Positions 24,241 to 35,900 of a stretch of DNA of 64,000 bases are shown piece after piece. The notes beneath the pieces were generated by a model. That model was not told the origin of the DNA and searched no databases. It was given only the letters and a program-made list of their open reading frames with translations. Origin of the DNA: Botryllus schlosseri (lineage: Eukaryota); assembly GCA_051294905.1 (NCBI GenBank), contig CM119371.1, positions 37,574,001 to 37,638,000 of the forward strand. The letters run 5' to 3'. The position numbers were made by a program, and so were the translations under genes. The first letter of the stretch is position 1, and the number at the start of each line of letters is the position of its first letter.

Positions 24241-27200
24241 TTAAATGCAAATTTCGCACACGTAGCGACGGGCCTCGTCGCCACAGGCCTCGAATTGAAG
24301 TGTGTCCACATCGGTGTCATCCACGCGCCCACAGACAGTCTCGCCGTCTGCGCTGTCATCAGCTAACGCCGTAGTGAAGCCGGGAGGATCAGCTGTCACT
24401 GAGGCACCGGCCAACGGAGCGATAAAATCAGCAGTGTCGACGGCTGGGCTTGTCGAACCACCAGTTACATCGGTGGATGATCCAATCCAGAAGGTCACTC
24501 CCTCAGCACCGAGCACTTCGATCAGAGCTCTGCAACATTTCATGAAGATGTCTTGGGAATTGCTCCTTCACTGGTAGTTTAGAAATATCGTCGAAGGATT
24601 TTTCTTAATTCTGATCAAATTTCTGCTTCTACTTGAACCGGTGTGGACATGTCTTAGAATGTCTTAGAATCTCTGCATGTAGTTATACTACTAGAAATTT
24701 ACGGCGCTATTCCTACTTTTAGTTGTATGTCAAATTTGACCAAATTTTGTCATAGTCGCGTCGATTCAGATTGTGAGGTTTCGGCAGAGCCAATGACAAC
24801 TTCTATACCAGCCACCGCCGACGAACCGCGAAACAACGTGTTGCCCCACGACGGATCTACTTTTAAAATCTACTTATTTGGGTCCCCTGCAGACCTCCAT
24901 TTTCTGCTCACACTTCAAGTAGCTTGATCGTGTTTTTGAAATCACTTCTTCCATTTGTTATCCGCGTTCCAGCTATGCAGGGAGAATCACTCATGGGAGA
25001 ATACAGGGAAATAAATCTCACTCTCTCTCGGCCGTGGGCGCATTAAATCCGACGACTGCAAGTCTGGCTCCTTCGGTTTCTTCGCACCTGGCCTTGGCGT
25101 CGTCCCAGTTTAGAGTATCCGTGGATAACAGGTAGTAGCAATTATTATCGCCCACTCGAGTCCAATCGGCCAACGGATTCTTAAGAGATCGGATAGGTGA
25201 GGTGTTAACGAATTTGACGAACCATTTGTACTCCGCGTTTGATTCACGTTTCGACACAATTTAAATCAGAGGTCTCAAACTCAAATTTGCTTGTGGGCCA
25301 ATTTCCTAATTTCTGATGATGACGCGGACCGCAGCATCAATAATAACGGGATTCAATGTATATTATCCAAGTAGGCTTTATTTGTCGGCAGCTTGAAGAC
25401 ATGCATTCCACAAACATCGTGGAAATGTAATTTACCATCATACTATTCACGCTTGGCACCAAAAATATCACATTTTCAAATATTTTAATTAAATAGTTTT
25501 AGTGCCGGGCATAATTTGTTAAAATAATGAGTTATAGATATCATGAGAAAGGACCCATGATGACATTGCATAACTGTCGGGTTATAATATTGCAGCTAGT
25601 GGAATTTTGACGCGCCACAATTTTGTGTAGAATATTTTAAAATCTATTAAAGATGAGCGGTGTAGCTTAATCCGTTTTTTTTTATATAGTCGTGATAATT
25701 AGGCTATGGTTGCTGGCATTGTAAAAAGTCAAATTCAACCAGCGTAAGATTTTCTTCGATAATATTGAAACAGATCAATAACAACCTAATTATAACCATT
25801 ATTGTGGCACAGTAATACCATTGTTTCTTAACGTTTTTAGCAACCGTATCCCTTGTGCTTTCAATGAGATTTACCGTGCCCCCTGTCCATTTCCAAAACA
25901 ATTTCTAATGGTACCTATATAAAAATCAGAAAGCCTATGCACATAAAATCGCACGTAGTGCGAATAATACTTTCCAGTTGAATAAATTGGCCAAGAAAAT
26001 ATTCAACCGTATATAGGTCAATTTTCACAATGCAATTCGTACCCCCTGATATTTGGTGCGTCGTGCCACAGATTGGTGCGTCCGTATGATTATTAAGTCA
26101 CTATTCCGAGACCCAAGTCCTTCTCTGATTTCAATGTTTGACCAGACTCAACTAGAGTCATTTTTAGTTTATCACCCAGTCCATCCAACATCGAGTAATT
26201 TGACGAAAGGTCGCTTCAAACAAAATCACAATGTTCAGTCACGAATCGTTAACGGGTCATGTTTTATCGTCATGAACTAGAAACGTGCCGTAATAGCGAT
26301 ATTTGTTCGTTTCAGGTATTCATGGTGTTTGTCGACTACTATGGTCATTTACATTAGCCCAATCTCTTAATTTTTATTCCGTAACTGCCGACTTGTAGCA
26401 CGGCCCACTTCTGGGCTTTTTATAAGACACTGCTTCCTGGATGATATGGCGAGGAGGCGCCTAGATAAACCTCGAACACTTAGGTAGGAATTCTGAAGTC
26501 GACCTTGGTCGAACCCGAACTCACAACCCATTGATGTTGTAGCTGTGACTTATACCACTACGATACTGGCCACCCGTAATAGCGATATTCCACCGAATGG
26601 TAGATTTTAGAAGTGATGTGATAGTGAAGTTTATTGAGATTTCAGGTTGTTGTAGTAGTTTTAGAGTGAACTGCAAGTTCTTATATCTGAAAATGATATA
26701 TGCATCTGAACATATTGTCGAATACTTGAAATTTCATAATGCCTTCGCAGACCGCGTATTTGAGACCCCTGATTTGAATGATATGACTAGCAAAAACTGC
26801 GACCTAGTTAGTTGGCTGTCACCCAACTATTGTTTTTATAGTAGTTTTGAATCTAGTTTTAAGAGCGCATATAATTAGCTGTACAGCAACTAGAAAATTC
26901 GTGTCGTCGTTTGGCATGAATCGTGATACCGGCTTTCTGTTATGTGACGTTTTGAAGGTTGGCGGTTAGTTTCAGTTCTAGTTCTAGTTGTTGTGTTTTG
27001 AAAAGTGCGTAGTTCTGTTGCAAGTTTTGAAAAGTGAGTAGTTCTAGTTCCAGTTTTGAGTTTTTGAATTATAGTACATTGTATAACTCCGTCAACAACA
27101 TCAGCTGTACACGATAGATTTCTTATTCAGCAAGTTTTGATGCGTCGAGATTAGTTTCTTACAGACATTATCCGCTACCATGTAGCGCGTTACAGCATTT

Positions 27201-30200
27201 GTTTGAATTATGCGACTCATCATCAGTATATTTATGATGAATAACGTGATGCCAAAAACCGCAGATCTTACGCGGTACTGTTTTTCATATTCTGAAAAGG
27301 CACATTTATAATTTGTAAATTCGTGATAGCACAATAACAGCTCGACGGATATCGTGATAGCGATAAAAGCAACAACAAGGATGATCTCGATATATTCATC
27401 CGAATTAAAAAGAAATGGGATCTATCTTTAGACAATATATAAGTGGTTCTAAACCATTCTGTCATTGCGGGCTCATTTTGGTCAACGACACATCGGATTC
27501 GGATCCCGATCAAATTCTGTTCAAATTTAGCTTAATTTACTCTTAGTAACTGTTGGTTTTTCTATAAGAGGTAACGGACTTGCCCATGCTATAGTCAGCG
27601 AGTCTATAGCCGAATAATAATAAATATCATATTACGACAATGGTAGGTACTGGGGCAATTGTGGTCGCCGCTGCTGTTGTGGTCGTGGTTCTTGTCATCG
27701 ACACTGAAACAAATATATCAAAAAATTGATCGGATGTAAATATCTGTGTGCGTGTGCGTGCGAGTGAATGAATGAAGGAATCATTAAAATAATTAAACTA
27801 GGGCAAGACCAATTCCTGGTATGCCGATGATATCGATTCGATATCACATTTTGTCACAAAAATCAGTATAGGTCATTTAGGGTAAGAAAATATCGCCAAA
27901 TGTTCATGATTTCAGCATGGTAATATGTGACTGCTTGACTGGAAATATTGATATATTTCATACACCTTACAGCAGTTGTTCTCAAACTGTGGTATGCGTA
28001 CCACTAGTGTAGTGGTACTCATACTTGGGGCGTGAAAGCAGCTGAAGGGGGCGCGAAGCTGGGATCAACTGAAGATTTTTGTCGCGCTCGGCGCTATTTA
28101 CCTCAATATGGTGATTATTGCTATGTTATTTATAGTCCTAATTTCATATTTGAGAAGCCTATCATCAGCAGTCACAACCTCTTATGCTATGAAAATATCC
28201 GCTAAGATTGTAAGCATTCTGGTTGCATTTTGTGATATGTCGATGTGGGGGCGCGAAATTTTTCACCATCACAAAGGGGGGCGTGTCTAAAATAGCTTGA
28301 GAACCACTGCGCTAGTGGTACTTGAGAGCTTTTTAGGTAGGCTATGTGAAGAGTGCGGTGAATAAAGTCATAGGTAGGCTTACCATATTTTGGAAATCTA
28401 ACAGGGGGTCACTTTTCCTAGGCTTGCAAAACCGGAGAAGAATTCTCAAAAACCGGTGAATTTATCCCACTTTCTGATCGGTTGACCAAAAAAAAAAAAA
28501 AAAAAAAGGTCTTCTCTCCGCTCAGAGCTCAAAAATACCGTTTTTCTCTCCGCATTGCTAGGTGGTTGACTTAAAAATAAAAAAAAAGAGGTCATCTTTC
28601 CGCTCAGAGCTCAAATCACCGTTTTTCACTCCGATATACCCGCCGGCCTTAAAAAACGGGACGTTTGGCTGACTGGTCGCGACGCCGGGACAAGATGTCA
28701 AAAAGCGGGAATGTCCCGCCTAAAGCGGGACGTATGGTAAGCCTAGTCATAGGCCTACATAATATTGGCGAGCTATGCATACGGTGGTGTTGCGTATAGT
28801 ACTAATAGGAGTAATCAATAAACATCGGTACATTCAAGTAACGTAAGTAATAAGGATGGTGTGAACGTGAGGTTCACGTTCGCGTTCTGTATGTGAACCG
28901 CATAAATTTAGAGGTTCACGCTCACAAACGAACATTGGTAGGTTCTGCACTGTGAACCTTTTTCGTAAGTTACAATTTTCACTTCATTATAACATATCTT
29001 CGGTTGAGATGTATTGTATTTGAACTGCAGGCCACTCTATGCATAGCGCCGGAAGCATAAAATGATCATAACTAAGCGAGCATGCACCTTGACAATCTCA
29101 AAAATTTTACTTGCTTTGTTACAAAAGTTTTCTCGAAATATCCAGCTTTCCGTTTGTCAATATTTAGTGACTCTCTGCTGTGAGCTTGACCCGCAATCAC
29201 ACCACATCAAGAGTGAAATACACTACATGTAGTCAGCGAATGATGCTTATTCAACCAATTACTGAAAATGCATCGTTATCTGATGTAAAAAATCTAGCAG
29301 GCGTACGGGGTCAATCTTGACTTAATATGTTTATTGTAACATAAAAACCAAATCCGTGCGATAGGGCTGTTGACTACTGCTGCATAAATTGTTAATGGGG
29401 TAATATCGGTAGCAACGTAGCAGAACTCAGACGCCGAATACTTTCTCCGGTCTGGCCTTGAATGTTAAGGCGTACCCTTACATTCCCTTGCAAGTCCTCG
29501 TCGAAATCGTTGGCAGAGCGATGGAAAAAATAGATTTTACGGGAATAATATTTCATTTGATTTTCCCAGTTGATATATTTGGCGTTCTTCAAAACGTCAA
29601 TATGCATACTTCAGCATTGGGGGATTATGTGACCCGAGTCGCTGCTAGGTATCATGTACGTATGCCTACGTACATTAATAGAGGGTATCACTTCACTGAA
29701 ATGAAGCGTTCGAATTAGCAATATTACGTCACGTGACGTCATGAGGTTCACGTTTGCGTTCACACAAAACCTTTCAAAAAGGTTCGCGTTCAAACGAACC
29801 TGAACCTTTCAGAGGTACACACCATTCCTAATAAGTAATTGAACTGGTACGCCGTGTGTTAAAAACAAATTAGTGGTACGCGATATGAAAATGTTTGAGG
29901 AGCACTGCCTGACAGGCACACGTGGTCAAATTATAATCATCATTGGTAGTCAAGCAAAAGTGAAAGTAAAAATATATTTCGAGTCCAAGCATGGCAATGG
30001 CTGCGAAACCGTTCAAATAGTTGCTCCGAGGTTTTGGAAATTCAATCAAGCTTTATGCCAGTTTTAAGTATCGTCGAAATATATCGGGGTTTTCGGTGAA
30101 GATGCCTGTTATCGGCTTTGTCGGTATCGGCAATAAAATCCAATATCGACCGGGCTCTACATTAATCGAGCCTAACTGTAAATTGCTACTCACTCATTAG

Positions 30201-32988
30201 GGCGATGAGTAAAAGGGGGTAGTCGAAGAGGCCGTCTCTTTTAGGTTTGATGGCGGGTCCGTGGTAAACAGGCTGATGTTGTACGATTGGTTCGTGATAG
30301 ATTAGCTGAGGTTGGGCCATAGGTGGATGATAGATGGGCTGGTGATATTGCGCCATGGGTGCATAATGTTTGTGTTCGTGATGTTGAAGCATGGGTACAT
30401 GTGAATGATGACCGGGATTAGGGTGGCCTTCAAGTTTAGGTCGTACCACGGGTACATGTTGATTGGATTGCTGTTGGACCGGGGGTACTTTTTGGATTGG
30501 CTGATGTTGGAGCGGGGGTACTTTTTGGATAGGCTGGTGTGGGAGCGGAGGTATTTGCTGGATGGGCTGATGTTTGACGGGGGGTACTTTTTGGATGGAC
30601 TGAGGTGGGACCGTGGGTCCATATGCGTATTCCTGATGGCCTTCATGCATTGACTGTAAATGAAAATATATTTTAAAGGCTTCGAGTCGATAGCTCGCAA
30701 GGATGTGGCCTCGATAGGAAATCCAGAAAAAATGACGGATGCAAATGCTCGCGTCCTTGTGACGAAATAGTGAAATGACTCACGTGCTGCGCAACAGGCA
30801 CACTGTAAAAAATAAAAACCTCGATTTACCGCGAAATGTTTGGAAGCACGGTAGCCAGACATTTCGTGGTAATCTAAGATTACCGTTAGTCAATGTAAAT
30901 TTAATTTACACTCGTCCGGTAATCTCACTTTACACGCCAGACTGTAATGTTACAGTCACCTCCGGTATATCTAATCTACATGTTCTCCTGTACATTTGCG
31001 ATCGAGACTGTCTTTTACCGCCTACCTACCTACATGCTGTCCCTGTAAATCAGGATTACATACCAGCTTGTAAATTCACGTACATCCATACCTATCGCAA
31101 AGCAACCCGATGCAAAAATATCGCAACATTTTCTTCACATCCCCAAAACGACATTGGAACAAACTGTATATTCATTAATGATATCACGATGAAGTGGTTA
31201 TCGATGGAAAAATATTGCTGCTGGAGGTCTAATTCTTCTTTAGGAGACATGCAGTAACACGAGTGGTCTCAAGAAAACGTGAATTAATTCCACCACCGGC
31301 CAAACTTCCAATTGTTTCTTTTTCTCGTTCTCATTCCTTCTGTTTAAGTAGTATCTTGCAGTTCCACTAAAAAGAATTCATGCGTAAGTCGCTATATAAA
31401 GCAAAGTTCCTAACCTGGACAGTGGACACGACATTATAAAGACTAAGACAAATAGGCTAACAAAAATATAACATGTTTTGAAGTACCGGTACTGGCACAT
31501 TGTGTGATGACGGCTCCGCCTTTTACATGACATAGCAGAGATTCATGACTTTATCTCTGTATTGAAGCAAAAGGTTCCTAATTTAAGGTGGCATGCGTGG
31601 CAAACAAATCCAGCAGTGGATGAAAACATATCTATGCTATGGCCCGAAAATGACATTACCAAGCCAAGAGTTTCAACTCCTCCGCAGCGGAGTATATGGT
31701 CACTATAAGTCGACAAATATCCCAAAATAGAGCAGAGAATGCGGCGAATGAAATATATCAATCATGAAATCTAAGTCATCGAGGGCTGGTGTGCAGAGTC
31801 AGATATTCACGGTAACAAATACTATGTAGTACTGTATTACCTTTTAAGATGCGTATTCCATTCAGCATTCCTAGGAATCTTCAACGATCGTGTCCACTTT
31901 CTTCAAGCACAACAAGCTTCGCTCCACCCTTTGCTCAAATCTCACTAATGGTCACTGGCCAGACGACACTCGAACGATTTCGAAATAAATGGTATTCATC
32001 CGCTGACACATGACACCAATAATATTTACTGGCCACGTTATAATGTTTGATCTGGGTCGTTTTTTCCATACAGAAACATTTATCATTGCATATAGTCCCT
32101 TTTTTCATCTAATTTCGTATAAATTGCTATATATTCCATGTGTTGTTCACTACTTACTGTACTTACCTAACCAGACGCTGCTTGTGATGTCACAGTTGTG
32201 CGTTGGTTGTTTACTACGAATCTCAGAAAAAGCAGTCACCTAATGTAACCTATTACAGGTCGACTTATCCGCCATTAACAAATGGTCAGCTGAGCATGCG
32301 GTGCCGATATTTCTAGTTTCCCCGAGCAATATTATACATCCTGAACTAATTTTCTAACTTATCAGCCTTATCCGTGACAACGAATGTAACCAGCGAGACT
32401 GGCCGTACACTGTACAGCCATTGCCTTATAATATGATATGGCTACGGTGTACCTCATTAGCTACGATTGTCAGTTATTTCTTGTACCCTACTAAGCTTAA
32501 ATTTATACTAGGGCCAACAATTTCGGTATGACAGACCCCAGTCTCGCAAACGAGGTTCAATCAGGTCAAATCACCTCTAGAATGATATATCAGTAACATT
32601 CAGTTCTACGTATACATTGACTGCAGCGATTTTGAAGCTAATCAATTTTGCCAATAGCCCGGTAAACTGCAGTAACGAGTAACTGTCAGTAATTTTGCGA
32701 AGAAATTCTGGTAACTTACTTTACAGCTATATTAAGGTAATATTACATATCAAAATGTAAAATGACAAGCTACGCACAGTAATTGGCTGCGACCGGTAAT
32801 TCGTGGTAAAATTTACAGAGATTTCCCAGTAAATCTACCAGATTTTTTACAGTGCACTCTTCTGTAGTATTCTGTTAAAAATTAGAATCAGATACGATTG
32901 TTCCGTTGAACACAAATGCAGAATATTAACCCCCTGATGCGCAGACGAAGTGAACGTAAATCACAAGGAAAAAAAATGGAATCTTCAT
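24241..32988 (-). CDS. Secreted C-type lectin-like protein, paralog 3 (about 354 aa before transposon insertion in exon 2)
   Basis: Exons 32988-32931 (MKIPFFFLVIYVHFVCASG), split exon 2 (32871-32855 plus 30798-30784), 30653-30194 (Pro/Gln/His repeats), 27703-27636 (or 27651), 25179-25022 and 24529-24241. Phases match paralog 1. Confidence 0.82.
25267..26771. mobile_element. hAT non-autonomous element containing a SINE-A fragment (about 26370-26572, minus)
   Basis: TIR CAGAGGTCTCAAA/TTTGAGACCCCTG, TSD ATTTAAAT/ATTTGAAT. Confidence 0.78.
28375..28745. mobile_element. hAT-type MITE
   Basis: TIR TAGGCTTACCATA/TATGGTAAGCCTA, perfect TSD GTCATAGG. A relative lies at about 33986-34362. Confidence 0.87.
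28851..29830. mobile_element. hAT-type MITE, inverted copy of 18942-19902
   Basis: TIR TAAGGATGGTGT/ACACCATTCCTA, TSD GTAAGTAA/ATAAGTAA, full-length similarity. Confidence 0.85.
30440..30605 (-). repeat. Coding 33-bp tandem repeat (11-aa QPIQKVPPLQH unit, about 5 copies)
   Basis: Seen directly in the 30186..30650 ORF. Confidence 0.9.
30801..32854. mobile_element. Non-autonomous CMC (EnSpm/CACTA-like) DNA transposon inserted in lectin-3 exon 2
   Basis: 13-bp TIR CACTGTAAAAAAT, 2-bp TSD CA, TTACC/GGTAA subterminal motifs. Removing the element plus one TSD restores the exon frame. Confidence 0.85.
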
Positions 32989-35900
32989 TTCGAATCTACA
33001 AGCTACGGAGTAATGGAATGCAAAAAAAAACAGAAATGGTCACTTCGTAGTCTTGGGCTATTCTCTCTGTAATGTGCACTCAGAATGCATCTGGGATGTT
33101 TGCTCATCACGATAATTCCGAATAGGGGCTTTCCAAAAGTTCGGATGGAGGGCACGCGCTAAGTACACCGAACAATTGCATTCTTAATTTTAGTATACGG
33201 TGATTAAAAGTGTCATGTATAGCTACTCCCTTCAACAAGTGTGCCGTAAGAGGTTCATTGAGAGCAACCTTTGATGAATAGTTCTCGAAAAATGTCACCC
33301 ATCGCAGAAATTGAGCAATAATTGTAAAGATTCTTGTGATGACTTCACGAATCCTGAAATTTGATGCCTCTTTCGACAAAAGACTTCGCGTTCGATGCAT
33401 TTACCCAACATGAAAGCCTTGAAACCTCGAATGGTCGGATCACAGCATCCAAGACTCTGTAGTACACAATACTACGTACGGCAATGTAAATTACGTTGAT
33501 GTGAAGTATTGATCAACCGGATTCAGCCCACAGAATTTGTCAGAAAGCGCGATCAAATAGGTAGAGTCCACACTCAGATACTTGATTTAGTTAAGCCAAT
33601 GTATAGTTTATGATATCCGATGCATTTATTTGAATCAATTATACAAGAGGGAACGTGCCGATTGTCATGGTCAAGCTGGCTGCACTGGCAGATATAGAAG
33701 GGGTAAACTTTATTGAGATGAGGTAGTCATTCACTATACCTAGCCATTTGTGTTACACTTCACTGAATGCGTACAGTGTGCTCTTGTGAATTTAAGATGT
33801 CTTTCACACACTTTGACACTTGCTTCAAATCGCGATGCCCTGCTTTGTGCAAACTGGAACGCGTTAGCAATTCTTGCAGTGTTGTCGTGTACAATACAAG
33901 GCAGCAAAAGAAAAACAGGGCATCGTTTTTTCTCGCCATACTTCTGTCGTTATATTTTATCGCAATATAATCTAAAATAGGCTACTAGGGTTACTATACG
34001 TCCTACTTTAGGAGGATTTGTCCTCCGTTTTGAGATTTTGTCCTCTTTTGGGGAGTTTTGGTTAAACTCCGGGCAAATTTAGACCGAGATACCATAGAAT
34101 AGCACTGAACTAACGCTCAGGCGGGCATTTCGGGAGCTGAACGAAGGTTGACCTTTTTTTAGTTAACCACCAGATAAAGGGAAGGTAAAAACAGTATTTC
34201 CGGCGGTGAGCGAGAAATTTAACCTTTTTTTATTTTTGTTTAGTCAACCGACTACGTAGTGGGAAAAATTGACCTATTTTGAAAGATTTTCCACCGGTAT
34301 TCCAAGTTTGCGAATTTTGACAAAGTGTCTTCCTTTTCCGATTCCAAAATAGGGTAGCCCTAAAAATACCCATTTAGGGCTAATGTTGGAAATTATCTAG
34401 GCTACTCGTCATGTGAATTGTGAGATTGGTGTCATACAAAAGACGTAAGGCGAAGATGGCCAGTGCTGAAAGTCAAAAGCTCAGGTGTCATATGATGCGG
34501 AAGTCACCAAATTAGTTGTTAAACATCATTATTACTAAGCCAACAACAACAGTAAACATAGCTGACAATATTCTAAAGATGCTACGGATTGGGCTCAGCC
34601 TTAACCTAACTATAAAGGTTGACTGCGTCTGAAGTCACATACTAGTTGACTAGTTGAACTAGCCGAAGTAGAAGTACAAAGTAAATGGGTTCTTTCGGTA
34701 TTGTGCGCGGCTTTGGGACGAATATATCAGCGTAATTACTAAAGAGCGCTTTCGGGAAAAGAAGATATACTCCCCACCAAGTGTTGGGTAATTGATCCTA
34801 TTTCAGGCCTTCAAAATTCCAGACATTTGGGCACCTTTTAGAATTTCCTTCCGGACGCAGTTGAAAGGACAAATTCCGGACATGTCCGGGGAATTTCGGA
34901 CGTATGGCAATCCTAGTTGACGATGGAGTCTGTTCATTTATGCTCCGTGATTACGAAGCTAACGTACGTCTTACGCGAAATCAAGACTCAAAATATAGCC
35001 GATATAGCAATGTATATGCCGTAGCCATCATTAACACAAGTTACCGCTTCCCCGTCTTACAGTGTTAAGCGCATTTGTTGTCATTATATTATTAGGAATT
35101 ACACGGCCAGTGTTTAAATTGTTACGTGAAACGTCTTCAAATCCCCAATTCGTAAAACAAGACAATCATTGCACGCGATTAGAGGTTGTCATAACTCATA
35201 AACGACGAAATGTGCATGTCTAAAACGAGAGGAAAGGTGGACGCTGAAAGCCGGTATATCGAAATTATTTGAAGAACAAAATATTTTTGTCCTGAAGTCA
35301 GAGATAAACCCGTGATTTTAACACAAGCACTTGCCTGACACCTCGCGATGGTGAATTTCAGAAGATCTTTCCGCGAAGCTAGCAAAGCAACACGGTTATT
35401 TTACCATAATAGAACACATCGCCCGGGATGCAGTGACCAAGCCCGGCTTTGTATTATCCCAAATACATTTGTGTGTTCGAATGAAAAAAGTTTCGTGCGC
35501 TAACAATATCATTTCCTGCTTTCATTTTAGAATTAAAGGTAATGCGCCAATACATACGGTTCACACTTTTTGCTCGACCCGTCCATGTGTTTTCTGCTAT
35601 TAATTTCGATGGACGGAAAAATTATTGCCCAGCCTGGATTCAGGCTAATCTGAGGAGCGCCGAACTCCAGAGAAAACGAGAACTAAAAGATGAGATAGTT
35701 GAGTAAACGAGTGTAGGAACGGACGAACGAAAAGCTACTAGCGCACAGTTGGTACCAAAGTTCGCCAAGCCCTCTCCCCGCGTATTATATCCTCCACCCA
35801 GTACTAGTTGCTCTCTACACTATCTCAAGGTTGTGAAACGCTAAACAACAAATTAACCAGCTTTATGGCCCGAAGAACATCAAGGTAAGGTAACGACGGT

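Noticed and set aside
24302..24577. Ser/Thr-rich plus-strand ORF
   Set aside because: Antisense shadow of lectin-3 exon 6.
30302..30862. 186-aa ORF with KKYP repeats (and 30405..30653 +)
   Set aside because: Alternative frames of the 33-bp repeat. Only the QPIQKVPP frame fits the splice phases and paralogs.
30775..31257. 160-aa ORF as transposase
   Set aside because: Starts outside the TIR and has no recognisable transposase motif.
30801..32854. CACT element as a clean Introner-type new intron
   Set aside because: Every donor/acceptor pairing using the TIR acceptor shifts the frame by +1 or +2.
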